From contig NZ_CM001976.1 in the NCBI RefSeq assembly GCF_000406145.1, positions 1,237,263 through 1,269,262 on the forward strand: a stretch of 32,000 nucleotides of DNA. Direction: 5' to 3'. Positions 19,806 to 28,559 of the stretch are shown here, piece after piece. The notes below the pieces were generated by a model, which saw only the letters and a program-made list of their open reading frames with translations, searched no databases and was not told the origin of the DNA. Positions within the stretch are counted from its first letter, which is position 1. Every line of letters starts with the position of its first letter. The DNA comes from Dickeya dadantii NCPPB 898 (lineage in GTDB: Bacteria > Pseudomonadota > Gammaproteobacteria > Enterobacterales > Enterobacteriaceae). The position numbers and the translations under genes were made by a program.

Positions 19806-19849
19806 ATTCTAGAACTGTCGGTCGTAAGAATTTTGTCACTTAATGCTAA
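19806..19849 (-). promoter_or_regulatory. Putative micF promoter: -10 TAGAAT, with a marbox-like element over the -35 region
   Basis: TAGAAT (19811..19806) lies 6 nt upstream of the predicted +1 G (19799). TTAGCATTAAGTGACAAAAT (19849..19830) carries GCA...CAAA at the spacing of the MarA/SoxS/Rob consensus AYnGCACnnWnnRYYAAAYn. It ends 18 bp upstream of the -10, a class II-like layout. Confidence 0.4.
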
Positions 19850-20399
19850 TTTCATCGGGTTGCTTTTTCATTCTGTGCGGTGAACAACGTCAGAAAATAT
19901 AAACGGGATGACATTATCGTAGATAAAGGAATTACGATATAGCCATCCCTCCGGGCGTTCGTTGAGCGCCGTGCTGGCTGGTCTGGCGTGTCTCTGGCCA
20001 AATATGCTGACATGACAATACGTTACCCGTCGTTATCTTTTGTCAAAAAATAAAATAAAAAGCGACGAAATCTTTTATACGGTGAATACTTTTTGTGGCA
20101 TCAACCTGCAAATAAAAATGCATGATAAAGAATAAACTAACCCCTGCTTTTATTGTGGTTTAAGCGAGGGGGGTATTTGGCGTAGCGGCAACCCAGGATT
20201 GAAACGATGAATTATCGCAATGGTTTTGGGGGGCGCCGCAATTTGAGATAAACCTCCGTGGAGCTAGTGCCCACTTCTACGCGGCGTTATTCAGCCGCGG
20301 GCGCGTTCGGTTCGCCGGCAGGCGGTCGGGGAAAGGCCTAAACGTGGAAATAGCGGGTGGGTAAGCAGGTTATTACGGGGTAGGTATCAAGCTAATGAC

Positions 20400-20436
20400 T
20401 TTTTTTTTGTAGGGATAGCCCCGTATAATTCCCTAC
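20400..20436 (+). promoter_or_regulatory. Putative menF promoter: T9 tract, perfect TATAAT, and a 7-bp inverted repeat bracketing the -10
   Basis: The elements are a T-run (20400-20408), GTAGGGA (20409-20415), tagccccg, TATAAT (20424-20429) and TCCCTAC (20430-20436). The menF start lies 26 nt downstream of the -10. No good -35 hexamer is present. Confidence 0.45.
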
Positions 20437-20454
20437 TTTCAGTTAGGCTATGGG

Positions 20455-21786
20455 GTGAATGTGCAGCAATTTTCTGACCTGCTGCGCCAGATGCATCAGG
20501 CGCTCAACGAACCCTTGCCTGAGCAGGCGGGCTTTCATGCAGTCACGTTGACCATGTCGTTACAGGACGGCTCGCCGTTGCTGGCGTGGCTGGCCTCGCA
20601 GCCTGTCTATCCGCAGTTTTACTGGCAGCATCGTCAGGACGATGAAGAGGCGGCGGTGTGTGGTCAGGTACGTGTGTTTGGCGATATCGCGCACGCTGAA
20701 GACTTCCTGCAACGCCACGATGTGGACGACAGCGTACGCCTCTGGGGATTGAATGCGTTTGAACAGCATCCGGCAGCGAAGACTAATTCCGCCGCCGCGT
20801 TTCTGTTTCTGCCACGCATCGCCCTGTTGCGGCAAGGGGGGCGCCTGCGCCTGCGGGTCAATCTGTGTAGTGATACCTCGCTGCGTGATGATGCGCGCGA
20901 CGCACAGGATTTTCTGCGCCGGCTATTGCCGCCGCAGCCGTTGCCGACGCTGCATACCCGTATAGAAGCTACCCGCCATTGTCCGGATCGCCAGCAGTGG
21001 ATCGACCTGTTGCATCTGGCGCTGGCGGACATTGCCGCCGGGCAGATGGAAAAAGTGGTGCCGGCCCGCGCCTCGGTTCTGTCGCTTGATCGGCCATTGC
21101 TGGCGACCACGCTGATGGCGGCTAGCCGGGCGGCCAATTACCGCTGTTATCATTTCATGCTGGCTTTCGCGCCGCATCAGGCGTTTCTGGGGTCCAGCCC
21201 TGAGCGGCTTTATCGGCGGCGGCAGACCCGTCTGGAAACGGAAGCGTTGGCTGGAACGGTCGCCAGCGATCATGACGATGAAAAAGCCGCCGTGCTGGCA
21301 GACTGGTTGATGAATGACGTAAAAAACCAGTGTGAGAATATGCTGGTGGTGGACGATATCTGTCAGCGCCTGCATCAAGCGGCGTTGACGCTGGATGTGA
21401 TGCCGCCGGAGATCGTCCGTCTGCGTAAGGTGCAACATTTGCGGCGAACAATTCAGGCGACGCTGCGCAGTGGTACGGATAGCGAGTGCTTGCATCTGCT
21501 GCAGCCGACCGCGGCGGTGGCAGGTTTGCCGCGCGCCGCCGCGCGGGCGTTTCTGGCCCGACATGAGCCGTTTCACCGCGGCTGGTATGCCGGTTCGGCG
21601 GGGTATTTGTCGCGTCAGCAGTCTGAATTCAGCGTGGCGTTGCGCTCCGCCAGCGTGGCGGAGCGGCAGCTAACGCTGTATGCCGGCGCGGGCATTGTGG
21701 CGGGATCTGATCCAGAACAAGAATGGCAGGAATTGGAAAACAAGGCCGCCGGACTGAAGTCGTTGCTGGAAGATGCTATTTCATAG
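20455..21786 (+). CDS. menF: Isochorismate synthase MenF
   Basis: This is the 443-aa ORF with a GTG start. It reads ...WLASQPVYPQFYWQHRQDDEEAAV...GSSPERLYRRR...LQPTAAVAGLPR...YAGAGIVAGSDPEQEWQELENKAAGL. It is colinear with E. coli MenF. Confidence 0.93.
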   Translation: MNVQQFSDLLRQMHQALNEPLPEQAGFHAVTLTMSLQDGSPLLAWLASQPVYPQFYWQHRQDDEEAAVCGQVRVFGDIAHAEDFLQRHDVDDSVRLWGLNAFEQHPAAKTNSAAAFLFLPRIALLRQGGRLRLRVNLCSDTSLRDDARDAQDFLRRLLPPQPLPTLHTRIEATRHCPDRQQWIDLLHLALADIAAGQMEKVVPARASVLSLDRPLLATTLMAASRAANYRCYHFMLAFAPHQAFLGSSPERLYRRRQTRLETEALAGTVASDHDDEKAAVLADWLMNDVKNQCENMLVVDDICQRLHQAALTLDVMPPEIVRLRKVQHLRRTIQATLRSGTDSECLHLLQPTAAVAGLPRAAARAFLARHEPFHRGWYAGSAGYLSRQQSEFSVALRSASVAERQLTLYAGAGIVAGSDPEQEWQELENKAAGLKSLLEDAIS

Positions 21787-21884
21787 TGCGATTTATTGCC
21801 TGTTACTGGTTTACATCAAAGTTAGCCGGATGAAAAAAAATATAATTATTGCCACAACCCGCAACCGGAGTTGTTGAGTCGATC

Positions 21885-23561
21885 ATGTCCACACATATTT
21901 TTAACCGCCGCTGGGCAACGGTAATCGTTGAGGCGCTCAGCCATCAGGGTATCCGTCATATCTGTATTGCGCCGGGATCGCGTTCCACACCGCTGACGCT
22001 GGCGGCTGCTTCGCATCCGGCGCTGGTCTGTCACACTCATTTTGATGAGCGCGGTCTTGGTCACCTGGCGCTGGGGCTGGCCAAAGCCTCTGGCGACGCC
22101 GTGGCGGTGATAGTGACGTCCGGTACGGCGGCGGCCAATCTCTATCCGGCGATTATTGAAGCCGGGCTGACCGGCGAGCGGCTGGTGATACTGACCGCGG
22201 ATCGCCCGCCGGAACTGATCGACTGCGGCGCCAATCAGGCGATTCGGCAGCCCGGCATGTTTGCCTCGCACCCGACATCAACGCTTAATTTACCGCGTCC
22301 CACCTGTGATATTCCGGCCCGCTGGCTGGTTTCCGCCCTCGACAACGCCATGAGCGAGCTGCGCCACGGCGCGCTGCATATCAATTGCCCGTTTGCCGAA
22401 CCGTTATATGGCGAAGACGATCCGGCCGCCTTTCAGGACTGGCTGCTGGCGCTGGGCGACTGGTGGCATCAACCGCAGCCGTGGCTGCAGGATGCGCGGG
22501 CGACGCCGGTAACAACGATGCAACCGGGCTGGCCGCAATGGCGGCAGCGGCGCGGCGTGGTGATCGTCGGACGGGTGTCCGCATCGGCCGGCGAGCAGAT
22601 CGCCGCCTGGGCGCGCCGGCTCGGCTGGCCGCTGATTGGCGATGTACTGTCGCAAACCGGTCAACCACTGGCCTGCGCCGATTTGTGGCTTCAGCATCCG
22701 CAGGCGGAAACGCTGCGTCAGGCTGAGATCGTGGTGCAGTTCGGCGCCAGCCTGACCGGTAAACGCCTGCTGCAGTGGCAGGCGACGTCGACACCCGAGC
22801 AATACTGGTTGGTCGACAGCCTTCCGGGGCGGCTTGATCCCGCGCAGCATCGCGGCCGCCGATTGGTGACCGACATTGTCGACTGGCTGGCGGCGCATCC
22901 GGCCGTTGTTCAACCGGCCTGGGCGCCGGAGGTGGAAGCCTGTGCGGAGCGGGTCATCCAACAGGTGGCCGCCCGCTTGTCCGGCGGTTTCGGCGAGGCG
23001 CAGCTGGCGCATCGCGTCGCCGAACTGCTGCCGCCGGAAGGGCAGTTTTTCGTCGGCAACAGCTTGACGGTGAGGCTGGTGGATGCCTTTGCCCGTCTGC
23101 CGGCGGGGTATCCTGTGTATGCCAACCGCGGCGCCAGCGGTATTGATGGTCTGCTGTCGACGCTGGCGGGCGTACAGCGTGCCAATGCCCGGCCGATGCT
23201 CGCCATCGTCGGCGATCTGTCGGCGTTGTATGACCTCAACGGGCTGGCGCTGTTGCGTCAACCGCCTGCGCCGCTGGTGCTGGTGGTGGTGAACAATGAC
23301 GGCGGGCAGATTTTTTCGTTATTGCCGACGCCCGAGGCGCAGCGCGAAGCCTTTTACTGCATGCCGCAACAGGTGGATTTTCGCCATGCGGCGGCGCTGT
23401 TCGGGCTGCGTTACGCACGGGCGCAGCAATGGCCCGACGTGCAGGATGCGGTAAACGCCGGGTGGCGGCAGGGCGGCACCACGCTGCTGGAAGTGGTGGT
23501 AGAGCCTAAAGCTGGCGCCGAAACGTTAAAACGGCTGTCGGCCGAGGTGCCGTCGTGGTGA
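21885..23561 (+). CDS. menD: SEPHCHC synthase MenD (ThDP-dependent)
   Basis: The track ORF starts at a TTG at 21849. I trimmed it to the ATG at 21885 ([18 protein letters not shown]...), which matches E. coli MSVSAFNRRWAAVILEAL. It reads ...[13 protein letters not shown]...[11 protein letters not shown]... Confidence 0.93.
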   Translation: MSTHIFNRRWATVIVEALSHQGIRHICIAPGSRSTPLTLAAASHPALVCHTHFDERGLGHLALGLAKASGDAVAVIVTSGTAAANLYPAIIEAGLTGERLVILTADRPPELIDCGANQAIRQPGMFASHPTSTLNLPRPTCDIPARWLVSALDNAMSELRHGALHINCPFAEPLYGEDDPAAFQDWLLALGDWWHQPQPWLQDARATPVTTMQPGWPQWRQRRGVVIVGRVSASAGEQIAAWARRLGWPLIGDVLSQTGQPLACADLWLQHPQAETLRQAEIVVQFGASLTGKRLLQWQATSTPEQYWLVDSLPGRLDPAQHRGRRLVTDIVDWLAAHPAVVQPAWAPEVEACAERVIQQVAARLSGGFGEAQLAHRVAELLPPEGQFFVGNSLTVRLVDAFARLPAGYPVYANRGASGIDGLLSTLAGVQRANARPMLAIVGDLSALYDLNGLALLRQPPAPLVLVVVNNDGGQIFSLLPTPEAQREAFYCMPQQVDFRHAAALFGLRYARAQQWPDVQDAVNAGWRQGGTTLLEVVVEPKAGAETLKRLSAEVPSW

Positions 23562-23563
23562 CG

Positions 23564-24355
23564 ATGTATTGCCGTCGGGTTGGTCAGCCGCAGCCGGGGC
23601 AACCCTGGCTGGTGATGCTGCATGGCCTGCTCGGCAGCGGCGAAGACTGGCAGCCGGTGTTGCCGTATCTGGCCGACTGGCCGTTGCTGCTGGTGGATTT
23701 ACCGGGGCATGGCGCGTCCCGGTCGTTGTCGGCGGCGGATTTCAACGACGTGAGTCGGCAATTGACCGCGCTGCTGGCGCAACAGGCGGTGGCTGACTAC
23801 TGGTTGCTGGGGTATTCGCTGGGCGGACGCATTGCCATGTATCACGCCTGTCAGGGCGACGCTGCCGGTTTGCGAGGGCTGCTGGTGGAAGGCGGGCATC
23901 CGGGGCTGGCGTCAGCAGGGGAGCGCGACGCACGACAGCGGCATGATGCCGACTGGGCGCGGCGTTTTCGCCATGAGGCGCTGGATAGCGTGCTGCCGGA
24001 CTGGTATCAGCAGCCGGTTTTCGCCCGCCTGTCGCCGGCGCAACGCGACCGGTTGGTTACCTTACGGCGCGGCAATCACGGACCGGCGGTCGCCGAAATG
24101 CTGGAAGCGACCTCGCTATCCCGCCAACCTTGTCTGGTTGACGCTCTGCGGCAGTTACAGGTGCCGTTCGGTTACCTCTGCGGCAGTCAGGACACAAAAT
24201 TTCAGGCGCTGGCCGCACAGCATCGTTTGCCGTTGCTGAGTGTGGACCGCGCCGGGCACAACGCTCATCAGGCGAATCCGTCGGCGTATGCCGAACGGAT
24301 CCGCCAGTTCATTTCGCATCCCGAAAGGAAGATTCAATATGCTTTATCCCAGTGA
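23564..24355 (+). CDS. menH: SHCHC synthase MenH (alpha/beta hydrolase)
   Basis: It reads ...[16 protein letters not shown]...LLGYSLGGR...RAGHNAH. I placed the start at the ATG at 23564, 3 nt after the menD TGA. The in-frame GTGs at 23555 and 23558, which overlap menD, are alternative starts. Confidence 0.88.
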   Translation: MYCRRVGQPQPGQPWLVMLHGLLGSGEDWQPVLPYLADWPLLLVDLPGHGASRSLSAADFNDVSRQLTALLAQQAVADYWLLGYSLGGRIAMYHACQGDAAGLRGLLVEGGHPGLASAGERDARQRHDADWARRFRHEALDSVLPDWYQQPVFARLSPAQRDRLVTLRRGNHGPAVAEMLEATSLSRQPCLVDALRQLQVPFGYLCGSQDTKFQALAAQHRLPLLSVDRAGHNAHQANPSAYAERIRQFISHPERKIQYALSQ

Positions 24356-25196
24356 AGAACTGCTTTACGCACCGGTAGCATGGCACGATTGCAGCGGGGA
24401 TTTTGTCGATATCCTTTATCACAAGTCGACCGACGGCATCGCCAAAATCACCATCAATCGTCCTCAGGTGCGCAACGCATTCCGCCCGCAAACGGTAAAA
24501 GAGATGATTCAGGCGCTGGACAATGCCCGTCATGACGACGGCATCGGCGTGATCATCCTGACCGGCGCCGGCGAGAAAGCGTTCTGTTCCGGCGGCGACC
24601 AGAAAGTGCGCGGCGATTACGGCGGCTACAAAGACGACAGCGGCGTGCATCATCTCAACGTGCTGGATTTCCAGCGTCAAATTCGCACCTGCCCGAAACC
24701 GGTGGTGGCGATGGTGGCGGGTTATTCCATCGGCGGCGGCCATGTGCTGCACATGATGTGCGACCTGACCATCGCGGCGGAAAACGCCATTTTCGGCCAG
24801 ACCGGACCGCGCGTCGGCTCTTTTGACGGCGGCTGGGGCGCGTCGTACATGGCGCGCATCGTCGGCCAGAAAAAAGCCCGCGAAATCTGGTTCTTGTGCC
24901 GTCAGTATGATGCTCAGCAGGCGCTGGATATGGGACTGGTCAACACCGTGGTGCCGGTGGCGGAGCTGGAGCGCGAAACCGTGCGCTGGTGCCGTGAAAT
25001 GCTGCAAAACAGCCCGATAGCACTGCGCTGCCTGAAAGCCGCGCTGAACGCCGACTGCGACGGTCAGTCCGGGTTGCAGGAACTGGCCGGCAACGCCACC
25101 ATGCTGTTCTACATGACGGAAGAAGGGCAGGAAGGCCGCAATGCCTTTAACGAAAAACGCCAGCCCGACTTCAGCAAATTCAAGCGGAATCCCTGA
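24339..25196 (+). CDS. menB: 1,4-dihydroxy-2-naphthoyl-CoA synthase MenB
   Basis: The track ORF is 24240..25196. I trimmed it to the ATG at 24339 ([19 protein letters not shown]...), which gives 285 aa as in E. coli MenB. AAAGGAAG lies upstream. It overlaps the menH 3' end by 17 nt. Confidence 0.96.
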   Translation: MLYPSEELLYAPVAWHDCSGDFVDILYHKSTDGIAKITINRPQVRNAFRPQTVKEMIQALDNARHDDGIGVIILTGAGEKAFCSGGDQKVRGDYGGYKDDSGVHHLNVLDFQRQIRTCPKPVVAMVAGYSIGGGHVLHMMCDLTIAAENAIFGQTGPRVGSFDGGWGASYMARIVGQKKAREIWFLCRQYDAQQALDMGLVNTVVPVAELERETVRWCREMLQNSPIALRCLKAALNADCDGQSGLQELAGNATMLFYMTEEGQEGRNAFNEKRQPDFSKFKRNP

Positions 25197-26164
25197 TGCG
25201 TCAGGCCATCCTCTACCGTTACAGCGTGCCGATGGACGCCGGGGTGGTGCTGCGCAACCAACGCCTGAAAACCCGCGACGGGCTGCTTATCCGCCTGCGT
25301 GACGGCGAGCGGGAAGGCTGGGGCGAGGTCGCGCCGTTGCCGCAGTTCAGTGTGGAAACGCTGGAGGAGGCGTCCAGCGCGGCGCAGACGCAACTGCAAG
25401 CCTGGCTGTCAGGGCAGGAGCCGGACGAGTGCGGCTTGCCCTCGGTCGATTTCGGCGTTAGCTGCGCGCTGGCTGAACTGTCCGGCCTGCTGCCCGACGA
25501 CGCGGACTATCGTAAGGCGCCGCTGTGCAATGGCGATCCGGATGAATTGTTCGCCATGCTGCAAAGCCTGCCCGAGCCGGTGGCGAAGGTGAAGGTCGGG
25601 CTGTATGAAGCGGTACGCGACGGCATGATCGTCAACCTGTTGCTGGACGCGCTACCCGAACTGCGCTTGCGACTGGACGCCAACCGCAGTTGGACGCGAG
25701 CCAAAGCCGACGGATTCGCCCGCTATGTGACGCCTGCCTATCGTTCCCGCATCGCTTTTCTGGAGGAACCCTGCAAAACCCGCGACGAGTCGCGCGATTT
25801 CGCCCGCGATACCGGTATTGCCATCGCCTGGGACGAAAGCGTACGCGAGCCGGGATTTCGGGTTGAAGCGGAACCGGGCGTGGCCGCCATTATTATCAAA
25901 CCTTCGCTGACCGGTAGCCTGAATCGCTGTCGTCAACTGGTGGCGCAGGCGCGTCAGGCTGGCCTGACGGCGGTGATCAGCTCCGGCATCGAGTCCAGCC
26001 TGGGGTTGACGCAGCTGGCGCGGCTGGCGCGCTGGCTGACGCCGGGCGTTCTGCCGGGGCTGGATACGCTGGATCTGATGCAGGCGCAGGTGGTGCGCGC
26101 CTGGCCTGACAGCACGTTGCCGTTGATCGCGGCGGACTGTCTGGAACCGATATGGCAAGCCTGA
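25196..26164 (+). CDS. menC: o-Succinylbenzoate synthase MenC (enolase superfamily)
   Basis: This is the 322-aa ORF. It reads [30 protein letters not shown]...[13 protein letters not shown]...LRLDANRSW.... Its ATG overlaps the menB TGA (TGATG). Confidence 0.94.
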   Translation: MRQAILYRYSVPMDAGVVLRNQRLKTRDGLLIRLRDGEREGWGEVAPLPQFSVETLEEASSAAQTQLQAWLSGQEPDECGLPSVDFGVSCALAELSGLLPDDADYRKAPLCNGDPDELFAMLQSLPEPVAKVKVGLYEAVRDGMIVNLLLDALPELRLRLDANRSWTRAKADGFARYVTPAYRSRIAFLEEPCKTRDESRDFARDTGIAIAWDESVREPGFRVEAEPGVAAIIIKPSLTGSLNRCRQLVAQARQAGLTAVISSGIESSLGLTQLARLARWLTPGVLPGLDTLDLMQAQVVRAWPDSTLPLIAADCLEPIWQA

Positions 26165-27531
26165 CCGACTGGCCGTGGCGAAGCTGGGCTGCGTCTCAGC
26201 CGATGGCGCCGGCGCTGATGGACGACGACGGGATTTGGAGCTGGCAGCAACTGGCGAATCATCTTAATCAACTGGCGACCGGCTTTGTTCGTCAGGGGGT
26301 GAGGCCCGGCATGGGGGTGGCGCTGCGCGGCAAAAACAGTACCGAGATGCTGTTCTGCTATCTGGCGCTGTTGCAGTGCGGGGCGCGTCTGTTGCCATTA
26401 AATCCTCAACTGCCCGATACGCTGCTGGACGCGTTGTTGCCCGCGCTGAATATCGAGTATGGGCTGAGCGTGGATGGCTATGCGTGGCCGCAGAGCATCA
26501 TCCCTCTCAGCTTGTCGGCGTCATCGCCGGATGACGTGCAGCCGGCATTACCGTGGGAATCACAGCGGCTGGCGACCATGACGTTGACGTCCGGTTCCAG
26601 CGGCATGCCGAAAGCGGCGGTGCACACCTGCGAGGCTCATCTGGTGAGCGCCGAAGGCGTACTGGCGCTGATGGCGTTCAGCGCGGGCGATCGCTGGTTG
26701 CTGTCGCTGCCGCTGTTTCACGTGTCCGGACAGGGGATTGTCTGGCGCTGGCTGGCCGCCGGGGCATCGCTGGTGGTCAGACCGGATCAGCCGTTGGATG
26801 TCGCCTTGCGAGTGTGTACTCACGCTTCGCTGGTTCCCACCCAGCTTTGGCGTCTTCTGTCGCAGAACCGCTCTCCTGTCAGCCTGCGTGCGGTGTTGCT
26901 GGGCGGTGCGATGATCCCGGCGGAGCTGACACAACAGGCGGAAGCGCAGGGCATCCGCTGCTGGTGCGGCTACGGTCTGACGGAACTGGCGTCCACGGTG
27001 TGCGCCAAGCGCGCGGATGCCGGCGGCGGCGTTGGGTTGCCGCTGGTGGGGCGTGAAATACGGCTGGAAGGCGAAGAAATTCTGCTGCGCGGCCGCTGTC
27101 TGGCGGCGGGATACTGGCGCGAAGGCGGGGTGAGCCCGCTCACTGATGCGCAAGGCTGGTTTCATACCCGTGACCGCGGTCAGTGGGATGGGCATGAATG
27201 GCGAATTCTGGGGCGGCTGGATAATCAGTTCTTCAGTGGCGGCGAGGGGATTCAGCCGGAAGATGTGGAAGCGGTTCTGCTGCAGCATCCGGATGTAACC
27301 TATGCCTGCGTGGTGCCGGTGGATGATCCGGAGTTCGGCCAGCGCCCGGTGGCGGTCGTTGAAGTGGAAAACGCCCTGCCGTTGTCCCAGTTGGTCGCAT
27401 GGTGGCAATCCCGCCTGGCGGGGTTTCAGCGTCCGGTGGCGTGTTATCCGCTGCCGGCTACGTTGAAAAACGGCGGGATCAAGGTATCCCGCCAGCAGGT
27501 GAAAAGCTGGGTGGAGCAGCAGCCGCGCTGA
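26152..27531 (+). CDS. menE: o-Succinylbenzoate-CoA ligase MenE
   Basis: This is the 459-aa ORF. It reads [12 protein letters not shown]...[15 protein letters not shown]...GYGLTELAS...GGIKVSRQQ. It overlaps menC by 13 nt. Confidence 0.93.
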   Translation: MASLTDWPWRSWAASQPMAPALMDDDGIWSWQQLANHLNQLATGFVRQGVRPGMGVALRGKNSTEMLFCYLALLQCGARLLPLNPQLPDTLLDALLPALNIEYGLSVDGYAWPQSIIPLSLSASSPDDVQPALPWESQRLATMTLTSGSSGMPKAAVHTCEAHLVSAEGVLALMAFSAGDRWLLSLPLFHVSGQGIVWRWLAAGASLVVRPDQPLDVALRVCTHASLVPTQLWRLLSQNRSPVSLRAVLLGGAMIPAELTQQAEAQGIRCWCGYGLTELASTVCAKRADAGGGVGLPLVGREIRLEGEEILLRGRCLAAGYWREGGVSPLTDAQGWFHTRDRGQWDGHEWRILGRLDNQFFSGGEGIQPEDVEAVLLQHPDVTYACVVPVDDPEFGQRPVAVVEVENALPLSQLVAWWQSRLAGFQRPVACYPLPATLKNGGIKVSRQQVKSWVEQQPR

Positions 27532-27704
27532 GTAACGTGACAGGGATGCGGCGTGATAGCGCGGGCGCTCGGTCATCGGCCGGGAAGAGCAAAATGCCCT
27601 GTTTTTCGTCGCGACAGCATCATTCGTCGGTTATTTATGCTTTTGGCTGCTGAAGATTTAGGTAAAATGCGTGTTAACATTACGGTGTTGTGCGCGTTTA
27701 ACGT

Positions 27705-27850
27705 AGAACCTATCCCAATAGGCTATTTTACTTGCCATTTGGGACTTGGTCAGTGCTCGAAATCCTCACGTACTCCGTGTACGCTCCGGTTTTTCCGCGC
27801 TGTCCGTGTCCAAACTGGCTGCGCCAATGGTGCCTATTGGGATAGGTTCT
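27705..27850. mobile_element. MITE-like imperfect-palindromic intergenic repeat, copy A (146 bp, 19-bp perfect terminal inverted repeats)
   Basis: agaacctatcccaataggc (27705-27723) is the exact reverse complement of gcctattgggataggttct (27832-27850). It shares both ends and the block ccgtgtccRaactggctgcgccaatg with copy B at 31576-31723. It has no coding capacity. Confidence 0.75.
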
Positions 27851-27874
27851 TATTTGTCTTTAAGGATTATAGAA

Positions 27875-28420
27875 ATGAAAAAGTGGGTTATTGCTTGTGC
27901 GGGAAGTTTGCTGCTGGCGACCGTTTCCGCTCATGCCATCGGTATTTCCGGGGAAGCGGGTCGTGACTATACGGGCGTCAACGCCGGCTTTGGTCTGGGC
28001 GTGCCTGGTCTGTCCGGCAATGCAGGCTGGAGCCATGATGACAAACACAGCAATGACGTCTACAGCGCCGGTCTGGATTACACCTTCGCGCTGAGCAACG
28101 CGTCGCTCAAAGTGGGAGCCAAAGGGCTTTACCTGAACCAGAACCATTTTAAAGATGGTTATGGCGTCGCGCTGGGCGGCGGCTTGCAGGTGCCGGTGAC
28201 CAGTTCCATTTCCCTGTATGGCGAAGGCTATTACTCGCCGGACGCGTTCTCCAGTCATGTGGACCATTATGTGGAAGCCCGTGGTGGCGTGCGCTGGCAG
28301 CCGCTCCGTCCGCTGTCGTTGGATGTCGGGTATCGCTATATCAACATGGCGTCCGGCGAAGACGGTAACGACAACCGCGTGGCGGATACCGCTTACGTTG
28401 GCGTGGGTCTGAATTTCTGA
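27875..28420 (+). CDS. yfaZ: YfaZ-family outer-membrane beta-barrel protein
   Basis: The track ORF starts at a TTG inside the repeat (27746). I trimmed it to the ATG at 27875 (MKKWVIACAGSLLLATVSAHA|IG, a Sec signal peptide), which has an AAGGA 8 nt upstream. It has alternating beta-strand-like sequence and a C-terminal ...YVGVGLNF (terminal Phe). It is adjacent to yfaY, as in E. coli. Confidence 0.75.
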   Translation: MKKWVIACAGSLLLATVSAHAIGISGEAGRDYTGVNAGFGLGVPGLSGNAGWSHDDKHSNDVYSAGLDYTFALSNASLKVGAKGLYLNQNHFKDGYGVALGGGLQVPVTSSISLYGEGYYSPDAFSSHVDHYVEARGGVRWQPLRPLSLDVGYRYINMASGEDGNDNRVADTAYVGVGLNF

Positions 28421-28444
28421 TCCTCCTGCATCGTTGGCAAACCA

Positions 28445-28480
28445 AAACAAAAGGCGTGCTTATCACGCCTTTTGTTTTTT
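28445..28480 (+). terminator. Rho-independent terminator of yfaZ
   Basis: acaaaaggcgtg - cttat - cacgccttttgt, followed by a T-run ending at 28480. Confidence 0.88.
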
Positions 28481-28559
28481 GGGGCCGGCGGAGAGCGTGA
28501 TTGTGTTTATGGCGTCGAGTTTCTAAAGTGGTGTGAAACCATCATAAGGAGTGACGTGG

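Noticed and set aside
19595-19855. An 86-aa ORF (MKLALSDKILTTDSS...) whose TGA overlaps the ATG of the 107-aa ORF (ATGA), suggesting a coupled two-gene operon upstream of rcsD.
   Set aside because: It is AT-rich with poor codon usage. It reads straight through a -10/+1 signal, a micF-like sequence and a canonical intrinsic terminator (GCCGGG-CTTGT-CCCGGC-T6). The sRNA interpretation explains the sequence better.
21841-21846. A perfect TATAAT after an A8 tract in the 98-bp menF-menD spacer, considered as an internal menD promoter.
   Set aside because: No -35 lies at 16-18 bp, and a single hexamer in AT-rich spacer DNA is weak evidence. I note it but do not call it.
27540-27606. A possible menE terminator: acaggg ... 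ccctgt followed by T5.
   Set aside because: The 6-bp outer stem encloses about 50 nt with only weak internal pairing and needs a bulge. This is too uncertain to annotate as a terminator.
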